Positions 25,045 through 37,139 of a DNA stretch of 64,000 nt are shown here, one piece after another. Within the stretch, counting starts at the first letter, position 1. Each line of letters opens with the position of its first letter. The position numbers were made by a program, and so were the translations under genes. The stretch comes from Octopus vulgaris (lineage: Eukaryota): contig OX597816.1 in assembly GCA_951406725.2 (NCBI GenBank), positions 94,860,001 through 94,924,000 on the forward strand. The letters are read 5' to 3'. The notes below the pieces were generated by a model. That model saw nothing but the letters and a program-made list of their open reading frames with translations. It was not told the origin of the DNA and did not search any database.

Positions 25045-27981
25045 ATCCAGGAAGTAAGGTGGAGAGGAGGTTCTGCTAGGCTCCTCACGGGCAAGGAACA
25101 CAGGTACAAGATTTTCTGGGCAGGGAACATTGACGGAGTCGGGGGCGTGGGTATACTTCTTGCGGAGAAATGGATAGGTAAGGTAATCGAGGTAGTCAGA
25201 GTAAGTGACAGAGTAATTAAAATTAGATTAGTTCTTCACCATAGGACAGCTACCATCATCTCGGCATATGCCCCTCAACCAGGGCTACCGGAAGGACAAA
25301 AAGACCAATTCTATGACACCCTATTGCGGACTACCTCATTGACAAATGACAGTGACCTTCTCTTCGTGGCAGGTGATTTCAATGGACATGTTGGACGACA
25401 TGTCAGGGGCTTCCATGGCATCCATGGAGGCCACGGTTTTGGCTCTCGAAATGAGGAGGGAACCAGGCTGCTGGAGTTCTGCGATGCAAATGACCTTATG
25501 GTCTGCAATACCCACTTCAGGAAACCCACCTCTCACCTAGTCACCTACCGTTCTGGCAGACACACCAGCCAGATTGACTACATCCTTGCCAGAAAAAGGG
25601 AAAGAGGGCTGATTATAAATGCCAAAACCTTCCCAGGCGAAGAATGTACTCCCCAACATAGATTAGTAGTTAGCGACTTCAGGATCAGAGCTAAATGGTC
25701 GCCCAGAAGAAGACCAGCTTGGAGGAGAAGGGTCTGGAAGCTTAAAGATCCTGCAAATGCACAGAGATTTAGAGACATACTACTCGAAGCCTCTGACGAA
25801 ATAGAAGGGGATATAGCTTCACTTAATGTGGAAGACAACTGGAGATTCCTACGGGACAATCTGCTGACAGCCACTGACCAGATCTGTGGATGGAGCAAAG
25901 TACCATCTCGACCCAGAGTAACATGGTGGTGGAACACGGTGGTTGACGGGGCTATTAGACAAAAGAGACAGGCTTGGAAGGACTGGAAGAACGGTGGTAG
26001 CAGGGAATTGTATCAGACAGCCAAAAGGGAAGCTAGGAGACAGGTTTATATAGCCAGAGGGGAAGCGGATAAGAAAAAATTTGCCAATGTTCTGAGCCGT
26101 GAGGATGAAAGACTTGAGGTATTTCGTGTTGCAAGACAGTGTGTGAGAGAGAATCGTGATGTGGTAGGAGAGAAGTGTGTTCGCATGGATGATGGTTCAC
26201 TTGCGCTAAATGAGGATGCAAAGAGAGAGGTTTGGAGATGCCACTATGAAAGTTTGCTGAATAAAGAAAATGAATGGGATAAAGAGAGTCTGCCAAATGT
26301 TGACCCAACAGAGGGACCAGCTATCCGAGTTGATAGTTCCGTGGTAGCTAAGGCAATTAGAAGCATGAAGACAGGGAAAGCCCCAGGCCCATCAGGAATT
26401 ACTGCAGAGATGCTCAAAATATCTGGCAGTGTCGGCTATAACCTAGTCACCCGTATAGTCAACCAGGTGATACACGAAGGAGTTATACCCAATGACTGGT
26501 GTAGCAGCATACTAGTCAACTGCTACAAAGGTAAAGGTGATGCCCTGGATACAAATAATTACAGAGGTATCAAGCTGTTGGATCAGGTAATGAAGGTTAC
26601 GGAGAGGGTCATAGCCCAACTAATTAGAGAGAGAGTTAGTTTAGATGAGATGCAGTTTGGGTTTGTCCCAGGGAAAAGCACCACTGATGCTATATTCCTG
26701 GTAAGGCAGCTGCAGGAGAAATACCTAGCCAAGGATAAGCCCCTGTACCTGGCTTTCGTTGACATGGAGAAAGCCTTTGATAGGGTCCCCCGATCCCTCA
26801 TCTGGTGGTCAATGAGGAAACTAGGGATAGATGAATGGCTGGTGAGGGCTGTGCAAGCCATGTACAGAGATGCCGTAAGTAAGGTTAGAGTTGGCAACAT
26901 GTACACAGAAGAATTCAAAGTAGAGGTTGGGGTCCACCAGGGTTCAGTACTCAGCCCCCTCCTATTTATCATAGTCCTCCAGACAATAACGGAGGAATTC
27001 AAGACAGGTTGCCCCTGGGAGCTCCTCTATGCTGACGACCTCGCTCTAATCGCTGAGTCACTATCAGAACTGGAGGAGAAGTTCCAGGTGTGGAAGGAGG
27101 GTTTAGAATCGAGGGGCCTTAGAGTCAACCTAGCTAAAACCAAAGTACTAATAAGTAGAAAGGTAGAAAACCCACAAATATCCTCAGGAAGATGGCCCTG
27201 CTCGATCTGTAGAAAAGGTGTAGGTAGAAACTCTATAAGATGTACCCAGTGTAAGCTATGGACACATAAGAGGTGCAGCAATGTCAAAGGTAGGCTAACT
27301 GGGAAGATAGTTTTTGTATGTGGCAGGTGCTCTGGAGCATTGACCTCCGAAAATCTGCAGAAAACAACTTCTGTCACTTTCCGGGGGGAAAAACTAGAAG
27401 TAGTTGATAGCTTCCGCTATCTAGGTGACCAAGTCAGTAGTGGGGGTGGGTGCGCTGAAAGTGTAACTGCTAGAATAAGAATAGCCTGGGCAAAGTTTAG
27501 GGAGCTCTTACCTCTGCTGGTGACTAAAGGCCTCTCGCTCAGAGTAAAAGGCAGACTGTATGATGCATGTGTACGAACAGCTATGCTACATGGCAGTGAA
27601 ACATGGGCCGTGACTGCTGAGGACATGCGTAAGCTCGTGAGGAACGAAGCCAGTATGCTCCGATGGATGTGTAATGTCAGTGTACTTACTCGACAGAGCG
27701 TTAGTACCTTGAGAGAAATGTTGTACCTAAGAAGCATCAGTTGTTGTGTGCAAGAGAGACGATTGCGCTGGTATGGTCATGTGGCGAGAATGGATGAAGA
27801 TAGGTGTGTGAGAAAGTGCCAATTCCTAGCAGTTGAGGGAACCCGTGGAAGAGGTAGACCCAGGAAAACCTGGGACGAGGTGGTGAAGCACGACCTTCGG
27901 ACGTTAGGTCTAACCATGGAAATGACTAGAGACCGAGACCTATGGAAGTATGCTGTGCGTGAGAAGACCCGGCAAGACTAG
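25045..27981 (+). CDS. RTE LINE ORF: AP endonuclease + reverse transcriptase + PHD-like zinc finger (N-terminus missing)
   Basis: APE motifs QE, SAYAP, GDFNGH and IDYIL; RT motifs [38 protein letters not shown] and FRYLG; RTE-type end [16 protein letters not shown]. There is no genuine ATG start (the ORF track starts at GTG 25147). Confidence 0.93.
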   Translation: MQEVRWRGGSARLLTGKEHRYKIFWAGNIDGVGGVGILLAEKWIGKVIEVVRVSDRVIKIRLVLHHRTATIISAYAPQPGLPEGQKDQFYDTLLRTTSLTNDSDLLFVAGDFNGHVGRHVRGFHGIHGGHGFGSRNEEGTRLLEFCDANDLMVCNTHFRKPTSHLVTYRSGRHTSQIDYILARKRERGLIINAKTFPGEECTPQHRLVVSDFRIRAKWSPRRRPAWRRRVWKLKDPANAQRFRDILLEASDEIEGDIASLNVEDNWRFLRDNLLTATDQICGWSKVPSRPRVTWWWNTVVDGAIRQKRQAWKDWKNGGSRELYQTAKREARRQVYIARGEADKKKFANVLSREDERLEVFRVARQCVRENRDVVGEKCVRMDDGSLALNEDAKREVWRCHYESLLNKENEWDKESLPNVDPTEGPAIRVDSSVVAKAIRSMKTGKAPGPSGITAEMLKISGSVGYNLVTRIVNQVIHEGVIPNDWCSSILVNCYKGKGDALDTNNYRGIKLLDQVMKVTERVIAQLIRERVSLDEMQFGFVPGKSTTDAIFLVRQLQEKYLAKDKPLYLAFVDMEKAFDRVPRSLIWWSMRKLGIDEWLVRAVQAMYRDAVSKVRVGNMYTEEFKVEVGVHQGSVLSPLLFIIVLQTITEEFKTGCPWELLYADDLALIAESLSELEEKFQVWKEGLESRGLRVNLAKTKVLISRKVENPQISSGRWPCSICRKGVGRNSIRCTQCKLWTHKRCSNVKGRLTGKIVFVCGRCSGALTSENLQKTTSVTFRGEKLEVVDSFRYLGDQVSSGGGCAESVTARIRIAWAKFRELLPLLVTKGLSLRVKGRLYDACVRTAMLHGSETWAVTAEDMRKLVRNEASMLRWMCNVSVLTRQSVSTLREMLYLRSISCCVQERRLRWYGHVARMDEDRCVRKCQFLAVEGTRGRGRPRKTWDEVVKHDLRTLGLTMEMTRDRDLWKYAVREKTRQD

Positions 27982-28159
27982 TGAAGCCATAATCCGTGGC
28001 CCCTACCTGGGACGTAGTCAGTCCACCTGTGCATACCTTCCTTCTTGTGACACTTGTGAAGACCTGTTGAGGCAAGTGAGAATCGAATCGTATCGAATCA
28101 AATCGAACCAAATCAAAATAGATGAACATCAATGGAATTTGTATCCTTGTGGTACCAGT

Positions 28160-28435
28160 GCCGGTGGCACATAAGAAAACCATCCGAACGTGACCGTAGC
28201 CAGTACCGCAATGACTGGCCTCCGTGCTGAGGGCACGTAACAAACACCATCCGAGCGTGGCCGTCCGCCAGCCTCGTCTGGCACCTGTGTCGGTGACACA
28301 TAAGAAAACACCATCCGAGCGTGGCCGTCTGCCAGCCTCGTCTGGCACCTGTGTCGGTGGCACATAAAAAACACCATCCGAGCGTGGCCGTCTGCCAGCC
28401 TCGTCTGGCACCTGTGTCGGTGGCACATAAAATCA
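28160..28435 (+). repeat. Tandem ~63-bp hairpin units in the RTE 3'UTR
   Basis: aaacaccatccgagcgtggccg starts at 28242, 28306 and 28369, with one diverged unit upstream. Confidence 0.9.
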
Positions 28436-28607
28436 CCCACTACACTCTCGGAGTGGTTGGCGTTAGGAAGGGCATCCAGCTGTAGAAACACTGCCAGATC
28501 TGACTGGCCTGGTGCAGCCTTCGGGCTTCCCAGACCCCAGTTGAACCGTCCAACCCAAGCTAGCATGGAAAGCGGACGTTAAACGATGATGATGATGATG
28601 ATGATGA

Positions 28608-29397
28608 TACACATATATACATATACACACATATATATATACATATACACACATATATATATACATATAAACACATATATATACATATATATATATACAC
28701 CATATACACAAACATATACATATACACATATATACATACATATACATATATATATGCACATATATACATACATATATATATGCACATATATACATACATA
28801 TACATATATATATACACATATATACAGACATATACATATATATATACATACATATACATATATATACACATATATACATACATATATATATATACACATA
28901 CATATATATATATACACACACATATATATATACACACACACATATATATATATATATACATGCATATAAATATACACATACATACATATATATATACACA
29001 TATATACATACATACATACATATATATATACACATATATATATATACATACATATATATACACATATATACATACATACATATATATCCACATATATACA
29101 TACATACATATATATCCACATATATACATACATATGTATAAATATATATATATATATACATATATACATACATATACACATATGTATATATATATACATA
29201 CATATACGTGTATATATATACATACATATACATATATGTGTATATACACACATATACATATATGTATATATACAAACATATACATATATGTATTATACAC
29301 ACATATACATATATGTGTATATACACACATATACATATATGTATATATACAAACATATACATATATGTATTATACACACATATACATATATGTATAT
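28608..29397. repeat. Compound TA/CA microsatellite between the two RTE tails
   Basis: Direct reading. Confidence 0.95.
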
Positions 29398-29975
29398 CAT
29401 TATCATCAACATTTAACGTCTGCTTTCCATGCTGGCATGGGTTGGACGGTTCAACTGGGGTCTGGGAAGCTAGAAGGCTGCACCAGGCCCAGTCTGATCT
29501 GGCAGTGTTTCTACAGCTGGATGCCCTTCCTAACGCCAACCACTCCGTGAGTGTAGTGGGTGCTTTTTACGTGCCACCGGCACAAGTGTCAGACAGGGCT
29601 GGCAGACGGCCACGATCAGATGGTGCTTTTTACGTGCTACCGGCACGGGGACTAGACGAAGCTGGCAACGGCCATGGTTGGATGGTGCTTTTTACGTGCC
29701 ACCGGCACGCAGGCCAGTCGGGCGACGCTGGCTACGGCCACACTTGGATGGTTCTATTACGTGTCACTGGCACTGGTATCACAGCTACAAATTCCATTGA
29801 TGTCGATAGATTATGATTTTGATTTTGATCTTGATCTTCACTTGCCTCAACAGGTCTTCACAAGTGGAGTCTTGTGTCCCAAGAAGGAAAGGAATGCATA
29901 GGTGGGCTGGCTACATCCCAGGTGTAGGCCACAGGATTATGGCCTCACTTGTCCTGCCGGGTCTTCTCACGCACA
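29398..29975 (-). mobile_element. 5'-truncated RTE copy (last codons + 3'UTR), tail-to-tail with the long copy
   Basis: The reverse complement begins gtgcgtgagaagacccggcaggacaagtga (VREKTRQDK*) and ends in the shared tail. Confidence 0.9.
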
Positions 29976-30655
29976 CGCATACATATATGTATATATACAT
30001 ATATATATAATTAATTTGGTAGGGGCATTTGAATTATAACGTCGGATGTAATCAATTGAACCACACGTGTATTTATCGTTATGGTAAAATCTGGCGTGTG
30101 ATTGAGTGGATTTCATCCAGATAGTTTTGGCTGAGGAGCTACAAGTGAGTTTTTTGTGAGTTAAATTACATTTAATTCATTAATAGCGAAACAATTGTCC
30201 CAAAATAATCTGTATTTTTGTTATTTTTTATTTGCCCTGTTCGTGTGAGCTAAAAATCGTACTGACTTTCATGGGAAACATGTATTTTTGTGGTTGAAAC
30301 CTTTTGGATTTACTAGTGCTAGAGTGAGCCACATAGTGACCACTCTCTTATATTTATTTTTACATATATATATACATATATGTATATATACATATATCTA
30401 TATATGCATACATATACATATATCTATATATACATACATATACATATATCTATATATACATACATATACGTATATAGACATACATATACATATATATACA
30501 CATATGTATACATATACATATATATATACATATAAACATACATATATATATACACACACACACCTATATATATATCTAATGTATAAGAACATTTTTTCTA
30601 AAAATAATTTTTTCAATGGCCAGCATATTAAAAAAATACTGTTAAAGGTTAAATT

Positions 30656-30968
30656 TATAAACAACTTATAAATAAGGGCAAACGAAAAAATTTCTGATGC
30701 CAAATATGCCGAAATTGGACATATTGTCCATAATCATATAATTTTTCACAATACACACGCTACCCAAAAAAAGTTAACAGAAGTTTCTGAAAAATTCCAT
30801 TATTACCATATCGGACCGATTTCAGGGTTAGTTCAAAGGAACCCTCCCTTCGTCACTGACCTTTTTTGAGTAGCGTGCATATTGTGAAAAATTATATGGT
30901 TATGGACAATTTCGACATATTTGGCATTAGAAATTTTTTCGTTTGCCCTTTTTTATAAGTTGTTTATA
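30656..30968. mobile_element. MITE-like element with ~120-bp imperfect terminal inverted repeats
   Basis: tataaacaacttataaataagggcaaacgaaaaaatttct... pairs with ...agaaattttttcgtttgcccttttttataagttgtttata; TA at both ends. Confidence 0.75.
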
Positions 30969-30974
30969 TATATA

Positions 30975-31510
30975 TACACTTCCGCCTTCTCCAAAAATCC
31001 CTCTTCCAGACAACTTTTTACTTAAAAGGCAACCCACAATATGTGCTCTCTCTCTCTCATTCATCTACCAGCTATATAATTCCGTGCACAGATAAGTTTG
31101 AATGCCTATTTCCACTCCTAGACTGATCATACATGTTTCTCTATCTATCTAACTATTTTATCTGATTTCTATCTATTTTGTCTGATTTGTTCATTTCTCC
31201 TCTCGCCTATGATCGACCTTCGTGTATCGCCATCTTGAAACCTGTTTCCTTTAATACACTTCCGCCTTCTCCAAAAATCCCTCTTCCGGACAACTTTTTA
31301 CTTAAAAGGCAACCCACAACATGTGCTCTCTCTCTCTCATTCATCTACCAGCTATATAATCCCGTGCACAGATAAGTTTGAATGCCTATTTCCACTCCTA
31401 GACTGATCATACATGTTTCTCTATCTATCTAACTATTTTATCTGATTTCTATCTATTTTGTCTGATTTGTTCAATTCTCCTCTCGTCTATGATCGACCTT
31501 CGTGTATCGC
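30975..31510. repeat. Near-perfect tandem duplication, period 280 bp
   Basis: tacacttccgccttctccaaaaatccc occurs at 30975 and 31255. Confidence 0.93.
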
Positions 31511-31734
31511 GGTGCACCCGCCCTGCCCACTCCCACTACCGGATATCTCTATTTCTGCTCCATCTATACCAGATGTTGCTTCTCCCACCACCATTATAGG
31601 TGTCTACTCTTCGAACCCCCTCTTCAATACGCTATTTCACCATGCATTACCCCTCTCTTGATATCCTACGTTCTACTTGCCTACAACCTGTCATCATTTC
31701 TCTGAACCACCCCTCCCCACTGGTGCTCCCCCCC

Positions 31735-31983
31735 ACATAAAAAGCACCATCCGAACGTGGCCGATGCCAGACCCCTCTGGCACCTGTGCAGGTGGCACGT
31801 AAAAAGCACCCACTACACTCACGGAGTGGTTGGCGTTAGGAAGGGCATCCAGCTGTAGAAACACTGCCAGACCAGACTGGAGCCTGGGGCAGTCCCTAGC
31901 TCCCCAGACCCCGGTCGAAACCGTCCAACCCGTGCTAGCGCGGAAAACGGACGTTAAACGATGATGATGATGATGATGATGAT
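31735..31983 (+). mobile_element. RTE-family 3' tail (one hairpin unit + conserved tail + (GAT)n)
   Basis: aaaaagcacccactacactcacggagtggttggcgttaggaagggcatccagc...cgttaaac(gat)n. Confidence 0.88.
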
Positions 31984-32380
31984 ATGTATATTTTCTAACA
32001 AGATAATATACGTGTATTTATTTAATTATTTTATTGCTTTTATGTTGAACTGGATGAGTGACTATATTTAAATTGAACTGATTTTACTGTTATCAGTTTG
32101 AAAATGTAGCCTCGAAACACGTGTAGTCTTTTTACTATTTATTTACTATTTATCTATTATTTTGCACTTTACTTAATTATAGGTATATGTTTTATCATAT
32201 TTTCAATTTTTGCTATATATTTTGATTCAATTATATCAGTGTTGAATTGCTACATGGTGGTTCTTCTCTAATTGATATAAATATTCATACATATATATAC
32301 ATATATACACATATATAGACATATATATATATATATATTTATATGGGCGGTGGGCTTGTGTTGAGTAATTTTGCATTTTA

Positions 32381-32658
32381 AAGAATTTACTTTATGACAT
32401 AAGGTGTGAATGGTGCCACAAAGATTACATAAAGCAAACGAGCCTTACCCTCAGAGAAAGGATGACACTTCACCGCCAACAATTGAGGGATCCCACCACA
32501 AGACACTTAGTGTGTATTTAGATCTCTGTGCGCACAAGTCCCCCAAATTCCTAGTTTTACCACTATACCAATGCCCGGACAACACCACTGACTAGACACG
32601 AATAAATAGGGAAAATAATCTTATTCAAAAATACAGACCTCAACTCAACATACTATAA
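32381..32658 (+). pseudogene. Penelope-like element GIY-YIG endonuclease fragment
   Basis: Translates as KNLLYDIRCEWCHKDYIKQTSLTLRERMTLHRQQLRDP, then a frameshift, then ...RINRENNLIQKYRPQLNIL*. This fits the PLE pattern xIY-x3-C-x2-C-x3-YIGxT...R...H...E..LI....P.LN. Confidence 0.8.
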
Positions 32659-32659
32659 C

Positions 32660-34412
32660 AAACCTCTCAGGTATGCATCCAAAACGAACGCATACTGAAA
32701 CACATAGATATACAAAATCACACACACACAAAAACAATGCAAACATCCGACGCAAACACACACACACATACATACATATACACACATGCACAAACACAAT
32801 ATCCCCACACTAGAGCACAAACCCACACACATTCCAAGAAAAAACACATATTTCTATACACTTGCAATATGATTCTAGCAACCATAACCAACACTCACAT
32901 ATACACACACACATACGTAAGCACGTACATGCACACACCACCCCGACAATTACAAATCACATATACAAACACAACCACACATACACAGATACACACACAA
33001 ACATGCAACTACAACACAACCTACACAAACACACGCACATATATGCACACATGTATACACACACACACACATTATGCCCATACCCCAGTAATAAAATCAT
33101 ACACACACATACACCCAAAAGAAAAAACACACATATGTATATATATATACACAATACAATCCCAACAACCACAACAAACACACATACACACAAGCATGCA
33201 CACACACAATGACATATACAAACACAACCACACATACACAGATACACACACAAACATGCAACTACAACACAACCTACACAAACACACGCACATATATGCA
33301 CACATGTATATACACACACACACACACAATATGCCCATACCCCAGTAATAAAATCACACACACACATACACCCAAAAGAAAAAACACACATATGTATATA
33401 TATACACAATACAATCCCAACAACCACAACAAACACTCACAAACACACATACACACAAGCATGCACACACACACAATGACACACATCTCCCTGACAAATA
33501 CAAGACACATAGACATACTCACACAAACACACCGACACGTATACACACACACTGCACTAACAATACAAACAAAAGAAATCACTCACAAATGCAGCACACA
33601 CACCCGGAAACTATATAAACCATATCCACATATATACACACACAAATGCATACTCAGTACCAACATACACAAAACGCACATGCACACACATACACACCAC
33701 CCAGATAAACCCAACACACAGACACACACAGAACTCCTGATAAATACAACACACACACACATATACACCCACACATACATATGCACCCTCATACATACAT
33801 ACAGTTGCTCACACACACACCACAAGGACAATTAAAACACAAACATACTCAGACAGACATAACAGAGACACTCACGTACACACACATAACATCCCCACCA
33901 TCACAAAACACACAAGCATACACACACACACTGATGCACACATACATATGCATCCTCACACACACACACCAGAAGAACAATTAAAACAATACAAACATAC
34001 TGAGAGAGAGACACACATACACACACACACATACTCACGTACACACAAATAACATCCCCGCCAACACAAAATACACAAATATACATGCGCACACACACAC
34101 AGATGCACACAAACACACACGCGAACAAACACATACACACAACACCCTGACAAATACCAATCACACACATACACACAACACAGGACAATCATAACATAAA
34201 CATATTAAGAGACACACACACAGTCATGTACACACGCATAACATCCCCACCAACACAAAAGACACACAAGCATACACACACACCCAAATGCACATATACA
34301 CACACATGCGCACACACAACACCCTAACAAATATTAATCACACACATACACACACACGCAAACATGCACACATACACACACCATCCTACCAAATATAAAA
34401 CACACACAGACA
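32660..34412. repeat. CA-rich low-complexity tract with internal tandem duplications
   Basis: A ~250-bp unit starts near 32959 and again near 33212; there are three related shorter units over 33800-34380. Confidence 0.9.
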
Positions 34413-34414
34413 CA

Positions 34415-36340
34415 TATGGCTTCTATGGTTGGATGCCCTTTCTTATGCCAACCATTTAGCTGAGTATAGTGGGTGCTTTGTTTCAAGGCATAAGCACAAT
34501 GAAGTCACCAAATAACTCACAAGACAAGACCCTTTGACTAAGTGGGGGTGGTGTGTAATACTGAGGAAAGTGGTTTTATGCCAGATATTGAGAGGTTAAT
34601 CATGGACAAACTGTGGCCTGCAAGACTACCTGATGACATGCTTAATGGAAAACTACCATAAATTTTTTTAGAAGTGAGGCCTGCTTGATAGCGAACCATG
34701 TCTCTTGCCCACTTCTCGAAAAAAGTTGCCCATACCCAAATTAAAGTATGATAGAGGGACAGGAACAGATGTCTTGCAGTACAGAAGATACATGGCTACC
34801 CCAGATGGAAAGAGAGACAAGTGATGGCAGTGGCAAGGTGTCAGGGTGTACTCTTAAGGTACAAGAAATTAAATATAAAAGAGAATATGGGTAAAGGATT
34901 GAAAAGTGTGGGTAGGCAAGTTTGTAAGATGGTCAAAGATGGGATAGAGGTAGCTGCAGTGAGTCATGTATAAAGATGGAGGCATGGTCGAGGAAATGGA
35001 ATTGGGTCAGGGAAGGGGAGGTGATAAGTAACAGAACAAAAGGAAGTGGGTGGTGGAGAGTAACACCATAATAAAACCATAGATATATGAGAAATAGGGA
35101 GATGATGTGAAGTATGGAGGGTAAGAGAAGGACGCACTGTGATAGAGATGGAGGTCAGAGAAATGTAGGAGTGGAAATAATGAACAAAGGTTGGGGAGAG
35201 GCATTAGAAGCAAATATAGTGTGTGTTCAAGGAGAGGAGTATACAATAGAAAATAAGTGGTAAGGGATGATACAGTGAGTGTGATATGGGTGCCAAAAAA
35301 AAGTACCTCCAAGGAGAGATATGACCGATAGTACAAAAGCGGGGTCATGTAATTATAGCACCTGATTGAGTAGTGCTGTAGGTAGAAGAGAAATGGAAGG
35401 ACAGGTCTTAGGGAGATGAGTGTGAGGGAAGACTTGACAGACAGATTGAGTTTAGAGGCACAGACATAAATACGCCTTTAGGATCTCATTTTTGATGGGA
35501 TAGGTCTTTTCAAGCACAGTGTATTGCTATTCATCTTTGTACTTAATCATCTCTTCCATGTGGCTCGACATACTGAGGTCAGTCTTCACTACTTCATCCC
35601 ACTTTTCCTCTCACACCATTTTTATCCATGTTTAGTGATCAGCACTTCTTTATGTAGCTGTCTTCAAATATTTGCATTACATGGCCATACAAGCACAATC
35701 TTATCTCTCACACTAGTTCCAATTACTCTTAGATCCAATTTATATCTCAACAATCCATTTCCAGATTGTCACACATGCACATTGATATTGCACATAAAAC
35801 AAATCATACTAGCTTCAATTCTTTCTAATCTTTGCATATCTTCTGCATTTACAGCTCACATTTTACTACTTTGAAGCATATACAATCTGCCTTTGACTCT
35901 GAGAGAGAAACCTTTTACTACCAACCAGTTAGTTCTGAATGCTATCCTATTCTTATTCTGGAAACTATACTCCACTGATAATTAGGTCACCTAGGTAACA
36001 GAAACTACCCACTATCACTAAGAATTTTCCTGGGTATTGAAGAAAATCATCTGCCACAAAGAAAGTCAACTTTCTCTGTTATTCTTCTTGTAATCCCACT
36101 GTATCTCTGGTGTGTCCAAAGCTTGCACTGAATGCATCATATGAAATTTCTACTTTACGTATCCTACAACTAAAGCAAGGCCATTTACCTGAAGTGATTA
36201 AAGTCTTGTCAGTTTTCTTGCTAACTAGAACTTTGATAAGTTAACTTTAAGGTCCTTTGATCCCAGCTTTTGCCTACACACATGGAATTTCATTCTTAAT
36301 TCTATTACAGATTTAGCTATAAGAACAAGGTTATCATATA
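34415..36340 (-). mobile_element. Old RTE copy: RT C-terminal half + long pyrimidine-rich 3'UTR + tail
   Basis: Degenerate DNLVLIA, zinc-finger and CYLGD segments, then a purine-rich plus-strand block and ggatgcccttt...gccaacca. Confidence 0.75.
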
Positions 36341-36809
36341 TGAATAATAAATATATATAAATATATATCTCAGTTGCATTAATTTAATTTAATTCATCCT
36401 TAGTCAAAAGACACCTGTTGTTATGTCCTGTTATTTGTATTTGTGTAATATTGTCCATTTTTAAAAAAATTTTCCATCCTTGTTTTCATATACATTTGCT
36501 GCTTTCTTCCAAAGAATCTAATGCTCTTAGCTTAGTTTTTCCTTGGGGCTGGCCAGATTGGAGCAATCTTGAGTATAACCAGCTGAAATTGTAAAGATAA
36601 TCTGGAACTTGACTGAGGATAGAAAACTCTGAATGGCCCGTCCTTTTTTCTTTGTATCATCTATCTGGATGTTTTGTTGTCCCTTTTTTGTATTACCTAA
36701 CTGTCTGGATGTTTTGCATTCTTGTCCCATTTAGTATTTTGTGACTGCGTGTGTACCGTTGGCGATTTTTACCTCTGTCTTCCCTTCCTTGGATCTTTCC
36801 TTTTCGTAT

Positions 36810-36844
36810 GTTTCTGATGAAGAGCTCTACTCGAAACGTTAAAT
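36810..36844 (+). ncRNA. Penelope-type minimal hammerhead motif
   Basis: GUUU-CUGAUGA-A-GAG(CUCUA)CUC-GAAA-CG-UU-AAAU: complete core, palindromic ACGU stem III and short stems. Confidence 0.6.
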
Positions 36845-36937
36845 CCTCCTTCTTTCCATTACTGAGTGCCCAATAACACTATACTTGTTCCACGTCCTCG
36901 CGTTGTGTTTTCATGTTTGGATTAACTATATATATAT

Positions 36938-37085
36938 ATCATCATCATCATCATCATCGTTTAGTGTCTGTTTTCCATGGTAGCACGGGTTGGACAGTTC
37001 AACTGAGGTCTGGGAAGCCAGGAAGCTGCACCAAGCTCCAGTCTGATCTGGCAGTGTTGCTACAGCTGTATGCCCTTCCTAACGT
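36938..37085 (-). mobile_element. RTE 3' tail fragment
   Basis: (cat)n cgtttagtgtctgttttccatgg...tgcccttcctaacg. Confidence 0.8.
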
Positions 37086-37139
37086 CATATACTTAGTGTA
37101 TGATTTTATTTTAACATCCATTTGCAGCAGGATAGCATC

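Larger units (their letters stand above)
25045..28607 (+). mobile_element. Young RTE-clade LINE, 5'-truncated within the endonuclease, with 3'UTR and (GAT)n tail
   Basis: The open frame runs from IQEVRW (25045) to TAG at 27981. The 3'UTR ends in gttaaac(gat)n. CpGs are retained and both flanks are TA/CA microsatellite. Confidence 0.95.

Noticed and set aside
23689-25130. 400+ aa ORFs rich in Y/I/C/V/M (also at 28463-29550 and 32737-34192)
   Set aside because: These are translations of TA/CA microsatellites, which lack stop codons by composition.
25311-27737. Several antisense ORFs over the LINE
   Set aside because: They are shadows of the long sense ORF and have no recognisable motifs.
28160-28435. 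CRISPR-like repeat/spacer appearance
   Set aside because: The context is eukaryotic, there are no cas genes, three units are nearly identical, and they lie in a LINE 3'UTR.
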